The notes: a model not told the origin generated them from the sequence alone. Shown: positions 12,183 through 25,745, counted from the first letter of the whole stretch. The stretch: DNA of 63,462 nucleotides, filler included, from Octopus bimaculoides (GCF_001194135.2; 11 parts of 10 records of this genome joined end to end with filler, not necessarily neighbours in it), one strand, 5' to 3'. Made by a program: numbers and translations.

Positions 12183-12715
12183 TTGCTGCTGCTGCTGCTG
12201 CTATGATTGTTGTTGATAATGTTGTTGATGAGCTTGTTGCTTTAGAATCTATTCTATTCTTGTTGCCTACTCTCTATCTCTTGTTGTTGTTGCTGTTATT
12301 GTTGTTGTTGTTGTTGTTGCTGCTGCTGTTGTTGTGAGGTCGTCGTCGTCATCGTTGTCAAACAACCTCTCCTTATTAGTGACTGCATGTTGTTATAATA
12401 GTTATCCTCCATGTTATTGTTGTTGCTCTTCTTAGAGTTCTTATATTTGTTGTGTGCGCGCATAAATGTATGTATGTGTGTGTGTATGTATGTATATGTG
12501 TGTGTGTGTATATATATGTGGAGCGTGTAAATAATGGTACACATATTGCAAGAATGTGTGCGTATGCATATATGTGTGGGTGTATGTGAATTTACGTATA
12601 TGTATAATTCATTTGGGACATTGATAGATATGTATCTATACGCATATATATGTTTATAAATATGCACGTGTATGCATACATACATACATACATACATTCA
12701 TACATACATACATAG

Positions 12716-12754
<39 letters not shown>

Positions 12755-12900
12755 TATATTGTATGTGAATTGTAGTTCATGTCATTAGTGTTACTGATTA
12801 TATAGCTGCTGCTGATTCCCGTCGTTACCTTTCATCGGTTATCAACCTCTTGTAGTAGTAATAGTAGTAGTAGTAGTAGTAGTAGTAGTAGCTGCTGTTG
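11730..12900. repeat. Compound microsatellite field (GGT/GTT/CTG/CTA/TG/CATA/TA/TAG)
   Basis: Adjacent simple-repeat tracts that generate spurious poly-V/L/C/Q ORFs. Confidence 0.95.
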
Positions 12901-13599
12901 CTGTGACGGTGGTTCTTTTGATTGATGTTGTTGTTGTTGTTGTTAGAGATGATAAAGTTCTTGGTATCTGTGTTGCCATTAAGCTATTTATTCATTGTTA
13001 TATATTTTAATGTCTTCGACGTTGAAGGAGAGTGCGAGTGGTTTGCTGGTTGTTCTTTGATGTTGTTGTTTCCACTGTTGTTGCTGGTGTTAATACCACT
13101 GCTGTTCTTCTGCCGCTGCTGCTATGATTCACTTCAATTTCTTGACTAGTTTCCGTTCAGATGCTACAACTTTATTTCAACTTACACACACATAGAAAGT
13201 AAGAAAATAAGAGTGATAGGNNNNNNNNNNGGGGGGGGGAGATGACACATACACTCAAACACAAACACACAAATACACAAACACATAGACAAACATGCAT
13301 ATGAGTACATACATACATGTCATTCTCACTTTAAGACCCTATAAGGAATTTATGTATGTATGTATGTATGTGTGTATGTATGAATAAGCCACAACGGTAC
13401 TTCCTGTTGAGGTATGAATTTTTAGCTAGATTCACTATGTCCTATCTGAGTGGCACTGGACTTCACTGGATTTAACAAGGGGCAGTTGAGCAGTGATTAG
13501 TGAAGCGAGGAATGAAGCAGAAAGAGCTTCACTATATATGTGAATGAAGTTTGTGAGTGAAACTTAAACAGCTGAGAGCAGAAGACAAATCTGCGAGTT

Positions 13600-14290
13600 G
13601 TAAAACACAGTAATTGCTATATTGCTGTAATGGTTATAGCAGCACTCAGTTTGTTGTAGAAGGAAAGCGTGCAAGAGTGTGAGTTAATAGAACCTGCGCA
13701 TTTCTTGGCAACATCATTGTTGTTGGCTCGGCACTGTTGGAATAGCGGTGCTGTCAATAGGTACCGAAATTGCAGAGACCTCCAATCAAGACTTGAAGAA
13801 GTGTTTTGGAGTGCAGACAATATGTAATATCGAACCTATCCTCAAATAGAGTGGGGTTTTGGTGCAGCTGCCTCCGATTATAACGAGGATCTGGCAGCCA
13901 GTAGGTTTAAAGACTGCATCACTTGCATACACAGCACTAACACTAAAAAAAGAAAGCATCGCCGAAAAGTTATTTGGTCCCCGCCCCATTCTCACTCAAC
14001 GGGAAAACCTGCGTTGTATTGGCCTTTCTTAGATTAGTGGAGAAGCATTTTACACAGGATCATAGGTATCGGAAAATATTCAATGAGCATAACTTACTGG
14101 TCTCGTTTAGCTGTACATCTAGCATACAAAAAAAGAATATGAGTGAGTACCACAAGGCCTCCAGTGAGGGCAACATGATAATGTAGGGTTGTCAGTAAGT
14201 GGCAGTGAATGGTCAATACAACACAGAAGTCGTTATCTACGAAGCAGAGATGGTGTTGTCCAACAACACTTGAGCGCCACATATGCCTTC
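13600..14290 (+). mobile_element. Penelope-like element remnant (RT thumb/linker to start of GIY-YIG)
   Basis: Fragments AASDYNEDLAAS, KHRRKVIWSPPHS, FLRLVEKHFTQDHRYRKIFNEHNLLVSFSCTSSI and VVIYEAE match PLE motifs (YN.AL..SGY; RK.IWFNPPYS; FL.LIDKHFP..H.LHKIFNRNT.KVSYSC; VIYKA.V). Confidence 0.78.
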
Positions 14291-14630
14291 ATATATCTCC
14301 TCTACCTTCCTATTTGCTAAAATAATTTTCTCCCTCTTTCTCTGCCTCCTTTCATAATGCAATATAATTAATAAATCCTTAATTGCTTCTTACTGATGAG
14401 GATCAGGCAAAATGAAATAGCTACATATGAGTATTAAGCACTTTGTCGTTGGAACTATAAAGAAAAGAAAATTCAATTAAATAAACGCAAAGAGATTACA
14501 TGATATACTCCATTCCATCATCCTCAAATTTGTTTCGAAAAGAAACTGACAATTCTCTCTCTTGTACAATGATAAACAACGACCGACGGAATAACAGTTT
14601 ATACACACACACACACACACACAAACACAG

Positions 14631-14661
<31 letters not shown>

Positions 14662-15108
14662 TAGAGAGAGAAAGAGATAACACAGGAAAAATAATGGTTA
14701 TGTTATAAACTTCATTAGCTTACAGCTGTTTTTGCTATAAGATGCAGTGGACTCTTAGTTGAGTGTCTGAGTAACTTCCTATAGCTTCATCGGAACCGCG
14801 AATATGAAGTGCAATTTATTTTTACAATATACAGAGAAAGCATTATCAGTGAGAAAGTCATTGCTGATGTATATAAAGAAGTGTGTCTAAAAGGTATATA
14901 TATATATATATTTGATAGTTAGCAAGGTGAGACACACATAAGAAAGATGGAAACAAAGGACCACTGATGAGGTCACAGAAGTGTGACGAAAGAACTCTGG
15001 CCGAAATAAGATTCAGATTAATGTAATATAAAGCTGAAGCAAATTAACACCAAATATACAGTGCGTGTGTTTTTATTGGCTAAACTGGCAATATGACCAT
15101 CCCCAAGT

Positions 15109-15172
<64 letters not shown>

Positions 15173-16139
15173 TGAGCGTAACTTGTATACATGTATGTAA
15201 ATTTTGATATATATTTTGTTTGTGTACGCGCGCGTGTGTGTAAGTGTTTGTGCGTGTGTGCGCGTTCTTATGTGTGTACATGTGTGTGGATGTGTATTAT
15301 GTGTCAATGTCGTAATAAAACGTGCCTTAATGAACAAATTGGAAGAATATAGAGGCAGAGGGCAACGAAAACGTATAAGGCACGGAAATCAAGATCACAT
15401 CAAATTTTATATAAACAAAGAGGTCCCTTCATCAGCTGTCAATCTAGAGGTCATGGTATTTTGGACACCTTAAAACAGTATCGCTATCTCCAGTGGTGTC
15501 ACTACTTTCAAAGGAATACGTTTGAAGAGAATGATGCAGTAATGACAGAGAATTGAGGCAAACAAATCGCGGGCAGCATGTGTATATAGCATTGATAAAC
15601 AAGGCAACACAATTGTATATGAAAAATATTTGAGTCTTTCAACAAACAACAGAAAGCGGGACTATGCGGGTATAATATCAAGAGACACGACGATATAAAG
15701 GATATGAAAAATATTTAAGTCTTTCGACTGAACCGAAAGCAAGGATGACATTGAAGTCTTTCGGTTGAAATAGCGTATCAGAACGAGGGATGGTTTTGCA
15801 TTGAATTAACGCTGGGAGAAAGGAAAATAGCTTATTGTTCAAGCATTGATCGTTGAACGGGAAAATAGCAGAGAGAGAGAAAACAACGATGTGACCTCTC
15901 GTAGGGTCAGATCGACAAAAGACGAAAACAAACATGTGATGGAGTAGAAGGAGGTAGAAATGTATTCTGGGAAGAAATGAGACATTGTAGAGGATGAGAG
16001 AGATATTGATAAATATTTTTTAGATGTTACAATATTATCTCAGTGTATTATCTTTAAGGAAGATTTCAAAGAGAAAAAAAGGATGAATTTATATTTCTGA
16101 GAAATCTAAGAATTAAGCATAAAACGTATAATACTTACC

Positions 16140-16304
16140 AGTATAGGCATGGCTGTGTAGTTAAAAAGCCAGCTTTACAACTCCATGGCTTCGAGTTCAG
16201 TCCCACTACGGGGCACCTTGGGCACAGTGTCCTCTACTATAACCCCGAGTCAGCAATGCCTTGTGACTGATATTGGTAGATGGTAATTGTGTGAAAGACC
16301 GTTT

Positions 16305-16366
<62 letters not shown>

Positions 16367-16383
16367 AGAGAACGAGAGAGAGA

Positions 16384-16425
<42 letters not shown>

Positions 16426-17225
16426 CTTTGTGTTTGTCCCCTGCCACCGCTTAGGAAGCTGTGTTGGTTTGTTTTGTCTCGGTAATTTAGCGGTTCGTTC
16501 AAAGGAACCGGTAGACTAAAAGACAAGTCCTGAGGTGGATTCATTCAACTAAATCTTTCCAGGGCTCTGCTCAAAATGACCGTAGTCTAATGGTTGAAGC
16601 AAGTAATAAAAGAAAAGTAATTGATGGATGTNNNNNNNNNNNNNNNNNNNNNNNNNNNNNNNNNNNNNNNNNNNNNNNNNNNNNNNNNNNNNNNNNNNNN
16701 NNNNNNNNNNNNNNNNNNNNNNNNNNNNNNNNNNNNNNNNNNNNNNNNNNNNNNNNNNNNNNNNNNNNNNNNNNNNNNNNNNNNNNNNNNNNNNNNNNNN
16801 NNNNNNNNNNNNNNNNNNNNNNNNNNNNNNNNNNNNNNNNNNNNNNNNNNNNNNNNNNNNNNNNNNNNNNNNNNNNNNNNNNNNNNNNNNNNNNNNNNNN
16901 NNNNNNNNNNNNNNNNNNNNNNNNNNNNNNNNNNNNNNNNNNNNNNNNNNNNNNNNNNNNNNNNNNNNNNNNNNNNNNNNNNNNNNNTATATATATCTAT
17001 GGTGGGGGTATGTGTTTGTGTGTCTGTGTTTGTCCCCCCAACATCGCTTGACAACCGATGGTGGTGTGTTTACGTCCAAGTAACTTAGCGGTTTGGCAAA
17101 AGAGACCGATAGAATAAGTACTAGGCATCCAAGAATAAGTCCTGGGGTCCATTTTCTCGACTAAAGGCGGTGCTCCAGCATGGCCGCAGTCAAATGACTG
17201 AAACAAGTAAAAGAGAGAGTAAAAG
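16140..17225 (+). mobile_element. Family A SINE copies either side of a gap (16140-16620 and 16990-17225)
   Basis: Head GGCATGGCTGTGTAGTT...GAGTTCAGTCCCACT. Tails GTTTGTCCCC...GTAA(T/C)TTAGCGGTT, the second ending GGCGGTGCTCCAGCATGGCCGCAGTCAAATGACTGAAACAAGT. Confidence 0.78.
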
Positions 17226-17496
17226 AGTATGTAATGCATGTCAATGTAAAAATGATTATACATAAAAAGGTACGATATTTATTCTTACTATTATACAGTG
17301 AAAATTCCACCTCTGCGTTCCGAGTTCAAATCCCTGCAAGGCTGGATTTCCTTTTCGTCCGCTAAAATATGGGAGCGTAAAGAAACCAAAACGTTTCCAA
17401 ATGATGAGGGAACAAACATAAACTCAAAGATACACACACGTACATACACATGTACGTGTACACCACACAAACACACACACACACATGCATCCATGC

Positions 17497-17542
<46 letters not shown>

Positions 17543-17692
17543 TCAATCCTTTCTGTCCAAGGGCGTAAACTCGAAACGTTAAAGCCGTTTCCATTCTTCC
17601 CAAGCGTTAAAATAATACACTTCCTTATTGTTCCTTCATCTGTCTTCGTCTTTAGTTTTCTGTAAATTTGAACTATATATATACATACATTC

Positions 17693-17747
<55 letters not shown>

Positions 17748-17769
17748 GATAGATAGATAGATAGATACA

Positions 17770-17846
17770 TTTCTTTTATTAGCCACACAGGGCTCAACGA
17801 AGATGGGACAAATACAATGTAGAGCTTTTCTTTTTGGGAGGGGAAA
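17770..17846 (-). mobile_element. Isolated Tx1-like/family B 3' tail next to (ATAG)n
   Basis: Reverse complement TGTATTTGTCCCATCTTCGTTGAGCCCTGTGTGGCTAATAAAAGAAAT. Confidence 0.55.
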
Positions 17847-18559
17847 NNNNNNNNNNNNNNNNNNNNNNNNNNNNNNNNNNNNNNNNNNNNTTAATTAATT
17901 AANNNNNNNNNNNNNNNNNNNNNNNNNNNNNNNNNNNNNNNNNNNNTTTTTTTATTTCTTCGCTACTCTTTTTTGTAAGATATTGATTTTTTTTTTTTTT
18001 GCTTATTCCTTTTGACAATATTTACAAAATTTACTCCTACGAATCTCAGTTCTTTCCCAGCCACTATATGTTGAATTATTTCATGTTGATTCGTTTTATT
18101 CATCAAAAGCACGCACATTTTCCTGCTTGTAGCATTTAATAAGAACATAACGTTATCCATAAAATGCAAAGTTTTGCTAAGTAAACACGTTGTATGTATA
18201 GCAAAAATTGTGTTATGTGTTTATATGAAGCAACTCAAGTTAAAAGACAAATATCTTTTAAACAATCTAAGATACTAAAGTTCATATGTGTACTATGAAT
18301 ATTTAAGTTTAGATATAAGTATAAATGATTCCTTCATATTTTATTTGCTTGTTGAATTTCCAGCTTCGGTTAATTTTCAAATCGACTAACGGAAACAGAA
18401 TAAACAAACATACATCGCCTCGATGAAACATAAAACACATTTAGAATCCGAAGTTGAAGCATTCATAGAAAGAACTTAAGCCGACAATTTCGATTGGTTA
18501 TTTATGAAAGACTTTGACGTCATCTACTTCTCATAACTCGATTAACTGATAATATTGGT

Positions 18560-18770
18560 TCCAAATTTTGGCACAAGGCCATCAATTTCGGTGGAGGAGA
18601 TAAGTCAATTGAAGTGACCCCAGGGTTCAACCGGTACTTATTTTATCGGCCGCGCAAAGATAAAAGGCGAAGTCGATCCCGGCGACATTTGAATTCAGAA
18701 CCATTAAGTGGGAAGAAATGCCGCTAACCATTTTTCCCAACGCGATAACGATTCTGCCAGCTCGCCACCT
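18560..18770 (-). mobile_element. Family B (Nin-domain) SINE, diverged
   Basis: GGTACTTATTTTATCG...AAAGGCGAAGTCGA...TTTGAATTC...AACGATTCTGCCAGCTCGCC. Confidence 0.7.
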
Positions 18771-19540
18771 ACGATAAATTGATAATATCAACACCGGAAA
18801 GATTAATTTGCAAATATTTCAACAGTTTTTAAATCCTTTTACTTAGAAAGCTATTCTTAACCATCTTTGCAGCTGTTGTTCAAATCAATTAATTTTCTTA
18901 TCATATTGAATTATCAACATTTTACATTAAAACATATATTACCCACATAGCTTAATAATAAGTAAACAGATCACGTGATTTGATTGTTGAATTGCTTTCG
19001 AACTCTCAAAAACCTATTATTGTTACCTTTTTCTTTTGGAGTTCTCAGACCTGTTGTATTGGAAAAACTGATAATCCAATAAAAGTAAAAACATGAGTAC
19101 ACAAAACGTGCACACGCGCGTGTATGTTTGTGCCTGCGTCTGTATTACCGGATGAGTAAGAAGTTTGCTTCGCAACCACGCCGTTCCGAGTTCGATCACA
19201 CTGTGTGGCATCTTCGGAGAATGTCATTTTCTATAATCTAGGGTCAACCCATATTTTGTGAGCGAAATTTGGTAGAGGGAACAATATACAAGCCCATCGG
19301 ATGGATTGTACCTGTAATTCAATAGGTAGGGCCTTATCATACACGATGTAACTCTGATTCTGCCCCAGAATTCCGTTAAAAACAAGTGTGGCTGTGGAAT
19401 GCACAGCTGCTCACACGTTAATTCGGGAGTAGATTAATCAGTTGACCGAACAAATGAATCCTTGTTGTCAATGGATTGAGATCCCCTGCTGCATGGTGTA
19501 GATGTGAGTGTAATTGTGGGTGTATATATATATATATATA

Positions 19541-19640
19541 TACTAGCAGAGCCACCCGGCGTTGCCCGGGAATGAAATTGTTGCTTATTGGTACTTGGAA
19601 ACTTTTACGATAATTAAAATGGGGCTTAAATGAAAAAAAN
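19541..19640 (+). mobile_element. Putative Helitron-like non-autonomous element terminus at a (TA)n tract
   Basis: (TA)n-CTAGCAGAGCCACCCGGCGTTGCCCGGG. A related end lies in reverse at 60285-60325. Family assignment is from general resemblance only. Confidence 0.45.
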
Positions 19641-20044
19641 NNNNNNNNNNNNNNNNNNNNNNNNNNNNNNNNNNNNNNNNNNNTTAATTAATTAANNNNN
19701 NNNNNNNNNNNNNNNNNNNNNNNNNNNNNNNNNNNNNNNAAAAAAAAAACACCCTCTTTCCTTGCAATCTTCAACACATTTTACAATACAAGCATTTTTT
19801 TTTTACACCGAACACCGCCATTTAATTAGCATTAATTATGCACCGTTTATTCTCCAGTCGTATTACGTCATCAACGTTTTTCGCTTATTAAATATCTGTG
19901 GCTGTTTGAGATTCCGCAACAGAAAAAAAGCAATAAACACAAATAATAAGTTGATAACCTTTAAAGAAATTATTACCACCACTATCATCACCATCATCTT
20001 CATCAACAACATTATCATTATTATTATTATCATTATTATTATTA

Positions 20045-20088
<44 letters not shown>

Positions 20089-20197
20089 TAATGGTATGCA
20101 CAATTGTGTTATATTTGGAATTAACGCCCTTGATAGCGGGTCACAACTAATACCACCAGCGCCGGCGTCATAATCATTATGGCCAATATTATTATAA

Positions 20198-20252
<55 letters not shown>

Positions 20253-22000
20253 GTAATGGTATGGACAAATGTGTTATATTTGGAAATAATGCCCTTGATA
20301 CCAAGTCACAACTACTTTCTTGGTATATATACATATATATATATATATATATNNNNNNNNNNNNNNNNNNNNNNNNNNNNNNNNNNNNNNNNNNNNNNNN
20401 NNNNNNNNNNNNNNNNNNNNNNNNNNNNNNNNNNNNNNNNNNNNNNNNNNNNNNNNNNNNNNNNNNNNNNNNNNNNNNNNNNNNNNNNNNNNNNNNNNNN
20501 NNNNNNNNNNNNNNNNNNNNNNNNNNNNNNNNNNNNNNNNNNNNNNNNNNNNNNNNNNNNNNNNNNNNNNNNNNNNNNNNNNNNNNNNNNNNNNNNNNNN
20601 NNNNNNNNNNNNNNNNNNNNNNNNNNNNNNNNNNNNNNNNNNNNNNNNNNNNNNNNNNNNNNNNNNNNNNNNNNNNNNNNNNNNNNNNNNNNNNNNNNNN
20701 NNNNNNNNNNNNNNNNNNNNNNNNNNNNNNNNNNNNNNNNNNNNNNNNNNNNNNNNNNNNNNNNNNNNNNNNNNNNNNNNNNNNNNNNNNNNNNNNNNNN
20801 NNNNNNNNNNNNNNNNNNNNNNNNNNNNNNNNNNNNNNNNNNNNNNNNNNNNNNNNNNNNNNNNNNNNNNNNNNNNNNNNNNNNNNNNNNNNNNNNNNNN
20901 NNNNNNNNNNNNNNNNNNNNNNNNNNNNNNNNNNNNNNNNNNNNNNNNNNNNNNNNNNNNNNNNNNNNNNNNNNNNNNNNNNNNNNNNNNNNNNNNNNNN
21001 NNNNNNNNNNNNNNNNNNNNNNNNNNNNNNNNNNNNNNNNNNNNNNNNNNNNNNNNNNNNNNNNNNNNNNNNNNNNNNNNNNNNNNNNNNNNNNNNNNNN
21101 NNNNNNNNNNNNNNNNNNNNNNNNNNNNNNNNNNNNNNNNNNNNNNNNNNNNNNNNNNNNNNNNNNNNNNNNNNNNNNNNNNNNNNNNNNNNNNNNNNNN
21201 NNNNNNNNNNNNNNNNNNNNNNATGTATGCATGTATGTATGTATGTATGTGTTTGTTTACACACACACATACACGCATATACACACACATATGAAGGACA
21301 TTTCAAACAATCCTTCATGTTCCCAATACATCATATTTGTCTCATTATTACTATTAGAGTTGTTTTTTTAGTTTTTGTCAATTTTTTTTTACATGTTTCT
21401 TTTTTAGGTTTTTTTTTTTCCTTTGGTGGGATGGGAGGTTTACGTTAAACCGGCTTTACACGCAAAACACTCACAGTAACACACACACACTCAGGCCCCA
21501 CACACCATACACCTTCGCATGCATACATACATACATACATACATACATACATACATACAAACAAACAAACAAAAATACCCTGTTGCTGATGTTGAAATTC
21601 ATTCCAATGAAGGAACCTTGGATCTGGGTTAGAAACCGGTTCATTCTCTATTGGCGAGAAATCTTGAAATAAAACTGAACAATGACATACATANNNNNNN
21701 NNNNNNNNNNNNNNNNNNNNNNNNNNNNNNNNNNNNNTTAATTAATTAANNNNNNNNNNNNNNNNNNNNNNNNNNNNNNNNNNNNNNNNNNNNATATATA
21801 TATATATATACACATACATACATATATATGCATGTGCACACGCGCACATGGTAGTCATTGCACATGTGAAAATCATAATACATGCTTAAAATTCATGAAT
21901 GTTTAAAATTTTTTGAGAGCACCTCTCATAGCTTGTAGCTGTACTCTTCAAATGAGGTGTGTATGTAAAGCCTGTACGTAACGTATGTGGCTATATATAT

Positions 22001-22050
<50 letters not shown>

Positions 22051-22593
22051 GTATATATATGCATAAACATATACACATAAAAGTGCTGTTAAGTCTTCTC
22101 CACAATGTTGTTATACAACAACTACAGGCATACAGTAGATGTACAAAAGCAAAAATATTTGTAGAAGTAGATACAGTTATTGATGACGATTATCTAAAAG
22201 TTTGTGGAGAATGTGTTACAGGAAAAGATAGGGCCTTGATTAAACACTGTTCTTTAATTATCTATGTATGCTATCATATGTGAAATTGTGTTTGTGTTTG
22301 TGTGTGTATTCGTGTATCAAGATACATAGATAGATATGTGTACGTGTGTATGTGTGTGTGTGCTCGTGCGTGTGTGTGTCTATACGTGTGTGTGCACGTG
22401 TACGTATGTGTGTGTGTGTGTGTGTGTGTGTGAGTATGTGTGTATATGTGTGTGATTGTGAGAGTTTGTGTGTGTTACCAAGAAGAATCGAAGGCGTAAA
22501 CATTTTTCCACTCTTCTTGTTCTCACTTACACCCAAAAGACACACACACACATGTGCATATAGATATGCCTAGGCATACATACATATACGTAT

Positions 22594-22631
<38 letters not shown>

Positions 22632-22875
22632 GTATATATTGAGAAAAGAGGTCGTCAGAATTTTGGATAAAATCGATTTATTTCTTCATTATTCTTAGCG
22701 TTTTCGTTCCTTTCTCGAACTTGTCAAATAAAATTTGGTGAATGTACAAACATTTATATAAAGCAGATGTTTTGGCGGGGCTTTAGTTTAGAAGAGAACA
22801 TTGTTTTTGTTTTTAAGGGTGAGGTTCCATGACAATGGAGATAGATAGATAGAAATACAGGTAGGTAGATAGGTT

Positions 22876-22929
<54 letters not shown>

Positions 22930-23439
22930 GGGAGGGAGAGAGAAAGAAGGGGTATCTCCCTACCTATTCACCATTCATTTATTTATTTAGTCCTTTACCA
23001 TTGTATTGGAATGGGTTTAAGGATGGTGACCTCCTCAAAGAAAAAGAAACATATATATATATATATATATATATAAGTTCAAAAAAGAAAAACGACAAAA
23101 GAACAACAAAAAACAGCAACGCGAGGACGTGATGCAGATCTTGTGTTACTGGACGCTCGGGAAAAGAAAGAGAATTTGACGTTTCGAGCGGAGCTCTTCG
23201 TCGGAAATATAGGGAAAGTCCAAAGAAGGGAAGACGTTAGAAGTACACACGTGTGTGGAGTACTCAACCACTTGCATGTTACTTGAACGTTGAACATCGA
23301 AGATGTCCTTCCTGTCGGGTTTGTGGAACGAGATTTAGCTGCTATTTTCTAGATTGTCGAACGATTGCATAGAATCCATCCTTGTCACGTGTTCTTACTA
23401 CTCTTCTTCTTATTCTTCTTTTTTCCTTCTTCTTCCAAT

Positions 23440-23700
23440 TCTTCTTTCTCTTCAATTGTTCTTCTCCTCCTCCTCCTCCTCCCCCCCCCCTTCTTTCACT
23501 ACTACTTCTTTCTTCATCTTCGCTATTCTTCTCATTCGTCATCATCAGCATCATCGCCATCCTTTTCTTTCTTCTTCTTCTTCTCCTCCTCCTCCTCCTC
23601 CTCCCCCTTCTTTCACTACTACTTCTTTCTTCATCTTCGCTATTCTTCTCATTCGTCATCATCAGCATCATCGCCATCCTTTTCTTTCTTCCCTTTCTTC
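23440..23700. repeat. ~120-bp tandem duplication inside a TC-rich low-complexity tract
   Basis: TTCTTTCACTACTACTTC...CATCAGCATCATCGCCATCCTTTTC occurs twice. Confidence 0.9.
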
Positions 23701-23706
23701 TTCTTC

Positions 23707-23738
<32 letters not shown>

Positions 23739-24421
23739 CTTCNNNNNNNNNNNNNNNNNNNNNNNNNNNNNNNNNNNNNNNNNNNNTTAATTAATTAANN
23801 NNNNNNNNNNNNNNNNNNNNNNNNNNNNNNNNNNNNNNNNNNATTCCAAAACACATTCACCGGAAATTTGTATATTCGGATTCTACATAGTAAATACTAT
23901 ATGCATAGAAAATTTCATTAAAAAATATTCATTTTTCTGAAAGTTATGACCTCCCAAAGTCTGGGGGGTAAAACCCTGTAATTATGCCATCAGGAGAGAA
24001 TGCGCGCCGTTTCGGGGCCTACCTCTCGACGGCATCAATGCGCACCGGCCCCCCTCACTGATATGAGGCCCCGCTTGCTAGATTAACTGATTATTAAAAC
24101 AAAGCTCAATATTTCTCTAGCCATCGCTCATCGTCTCTTTTTAACCAAATCCAGTGGCTAGCCTTCGTTAATAATAATATAAATAATATATAAATATATG
24201 CGTATATACATACACATACGTACATACCTACATATATATGTAGGTAGAGATGGACTATATGTAATCTGAACCTTTTCCCCCCCTTATTTATTAATTTTTT
24301 TTACGGAATCCCACGTTTTAGGCTATGGAGATTCCGATTCTGAAAAAAAAATTTTTGAAAAATTTCACCAAGCAGGCTATTTACATGCTAGAAATAACAG
24401 CCAGATCTCACAAAACTAGTG

Positions 24422-24469
24422 TTAGGGTTAGGTTTAGGGTTAGGGTTAGGGTCAGGGTTAGGGTTAGGT
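24422..24469 (+). repeat. Interstitial telomere-like (TTAGGG)n, 8 units with variants
   Basis: TTAGGG TTAGGT TTAGGG TTAGGG TTAGGG TCAGGG TTAGGG TTAGGT. Confidence 0.9.
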
Positions 24470-25579
24470 TTACCCTGTGGATCTATATAAAAACCGGGGG
24501 GAGGGATCGAAATTTTNNNNNNNNNNNNNNNNNNNNNNNNNNNNNNNNNNNNNNNNNNNNNNNNNNNNNNNNNNNNNNNNNNNNNNNNNNNNNNNNNNNN
24601 NNNNNNNNNNNNNNNNNNNNNNNNNNNNNNNNNNNNNNNNNNNNNNNNNNNNNNNNNNNNNNNNNNNNNNNNNNNNNNNNNNNNNNNNNNNNNNNNNNNN
24701 NNNNNNNNNNNNNNNNNNNNNNNNNNNNNNNNNNNNNNNNNNNNACAACGAAAAAACAAACAAACAGAGAAATGAGACAGGAAACATAAAGAACATTCCC
24801 TGCATCAGTTTTCCCGTTTTATCTACTCCGCATTTCAAAGGCAAGGACAAGACACGACTTCGCTAAAACAGTCCTTCCCACAAAGCAAATTAAATAAAAT
24901 TTGGGATTTTTCGCAGAGGGTTAAAGTGGTAACAACAATTGGACAGTGAGAACAAAACAGTAAAAACAAACGGTGAGGGCTGTTAAGCCAAGACGACGTG
25001 AAGTGGTGAATGTTGGAAAAATAAGCTTTGAGAAGAGACAGATAAAAACACGTCTTGTCTTTAGGAAGAAAGTGGAAGAAGGAGAGAGTGACCGTTAGTC
25101 ACATGTGATCAACGAGAGAGTCAAGGAGGAAGAGAGGGAACGGTGAAGGGGAGAGGAGAAGAATAGGGAAAGGGTGGGAGAGAAAAACAGACAGGAAGAA
25201 GAACGAGAGGGGGAGATAGATAGACAGAAAAGAGATAGAATAAGAGTGCGCATCGTAATTATTAAGACAAAACTTACTTGGAAAAGGATGCGTGGCGTTA
25301 GAAATGACAAATCTTGCCTAAGTATGCTTATGATTGAGTTTACATCATTGACAAGACCCAATGTGGGCCAAAATGCATCTGGCTTTCTTGTTAGTCACTG
25401 CTTTGATAATGTTGTTACAGAATATTGGAAATGGACGACACTGATTGTATGATGGTGACACTCGTTTACGACCATCACATGATATTAAGACAAGGAGACT
25501 CATTTACACACACACACACGGACATACGTACATGTATATATGTCTGCATACATACACACATGTACACACACACATACAC

Positions 25580-25745
25580 ATCGGTGGTTATCTTTCGATT
25601 TCCAACTACCGAACGCACTCACAAGGCTTCTGTTGGTCCATGGCTATTGCAGAAGCCATTTGTCTAAAGTGCCATGCAGTAGGTCTGAACCCAGATCCAT
25701 ATGGTTGGAAAACAAACGTCTTACCACACAGCCACGTTTGCACCC
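25580..25745 (-). mobile_element. Family A SINE 5' half
   Basis: Reverse complement head GGCTGTGTGGTAAGACGTTTGTTTTCCAACCATATGGATCTGGGTTCAGACCTACTGCATGGCAC. Confidence 0.7.

Noticed and set aside
19888-21448. Long ORFs of 300-476 aa (also 16549-17088, 35433-36242, 37680-38411)
   Set aside because: They consist of X from N-gaps plus microsatellite translations.
21987-22283. 98-aa ORF ...DDDYLKVCGECVTGKDRALIKHC as a possible upstream CARNMT1 exon
   Set aside because: No recognisable CARNMT1 motif or clean splice pair, and it begins in a (TA)n tract.
25285-25385. Minus-strand ACTAAC...ccag|...TTCCAA|gtaagt candidate exon
   Set aside because: The acceptor region is purine-rich and the peptide is unrecognised. 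Such motifs are expected by chance in 63 kb.
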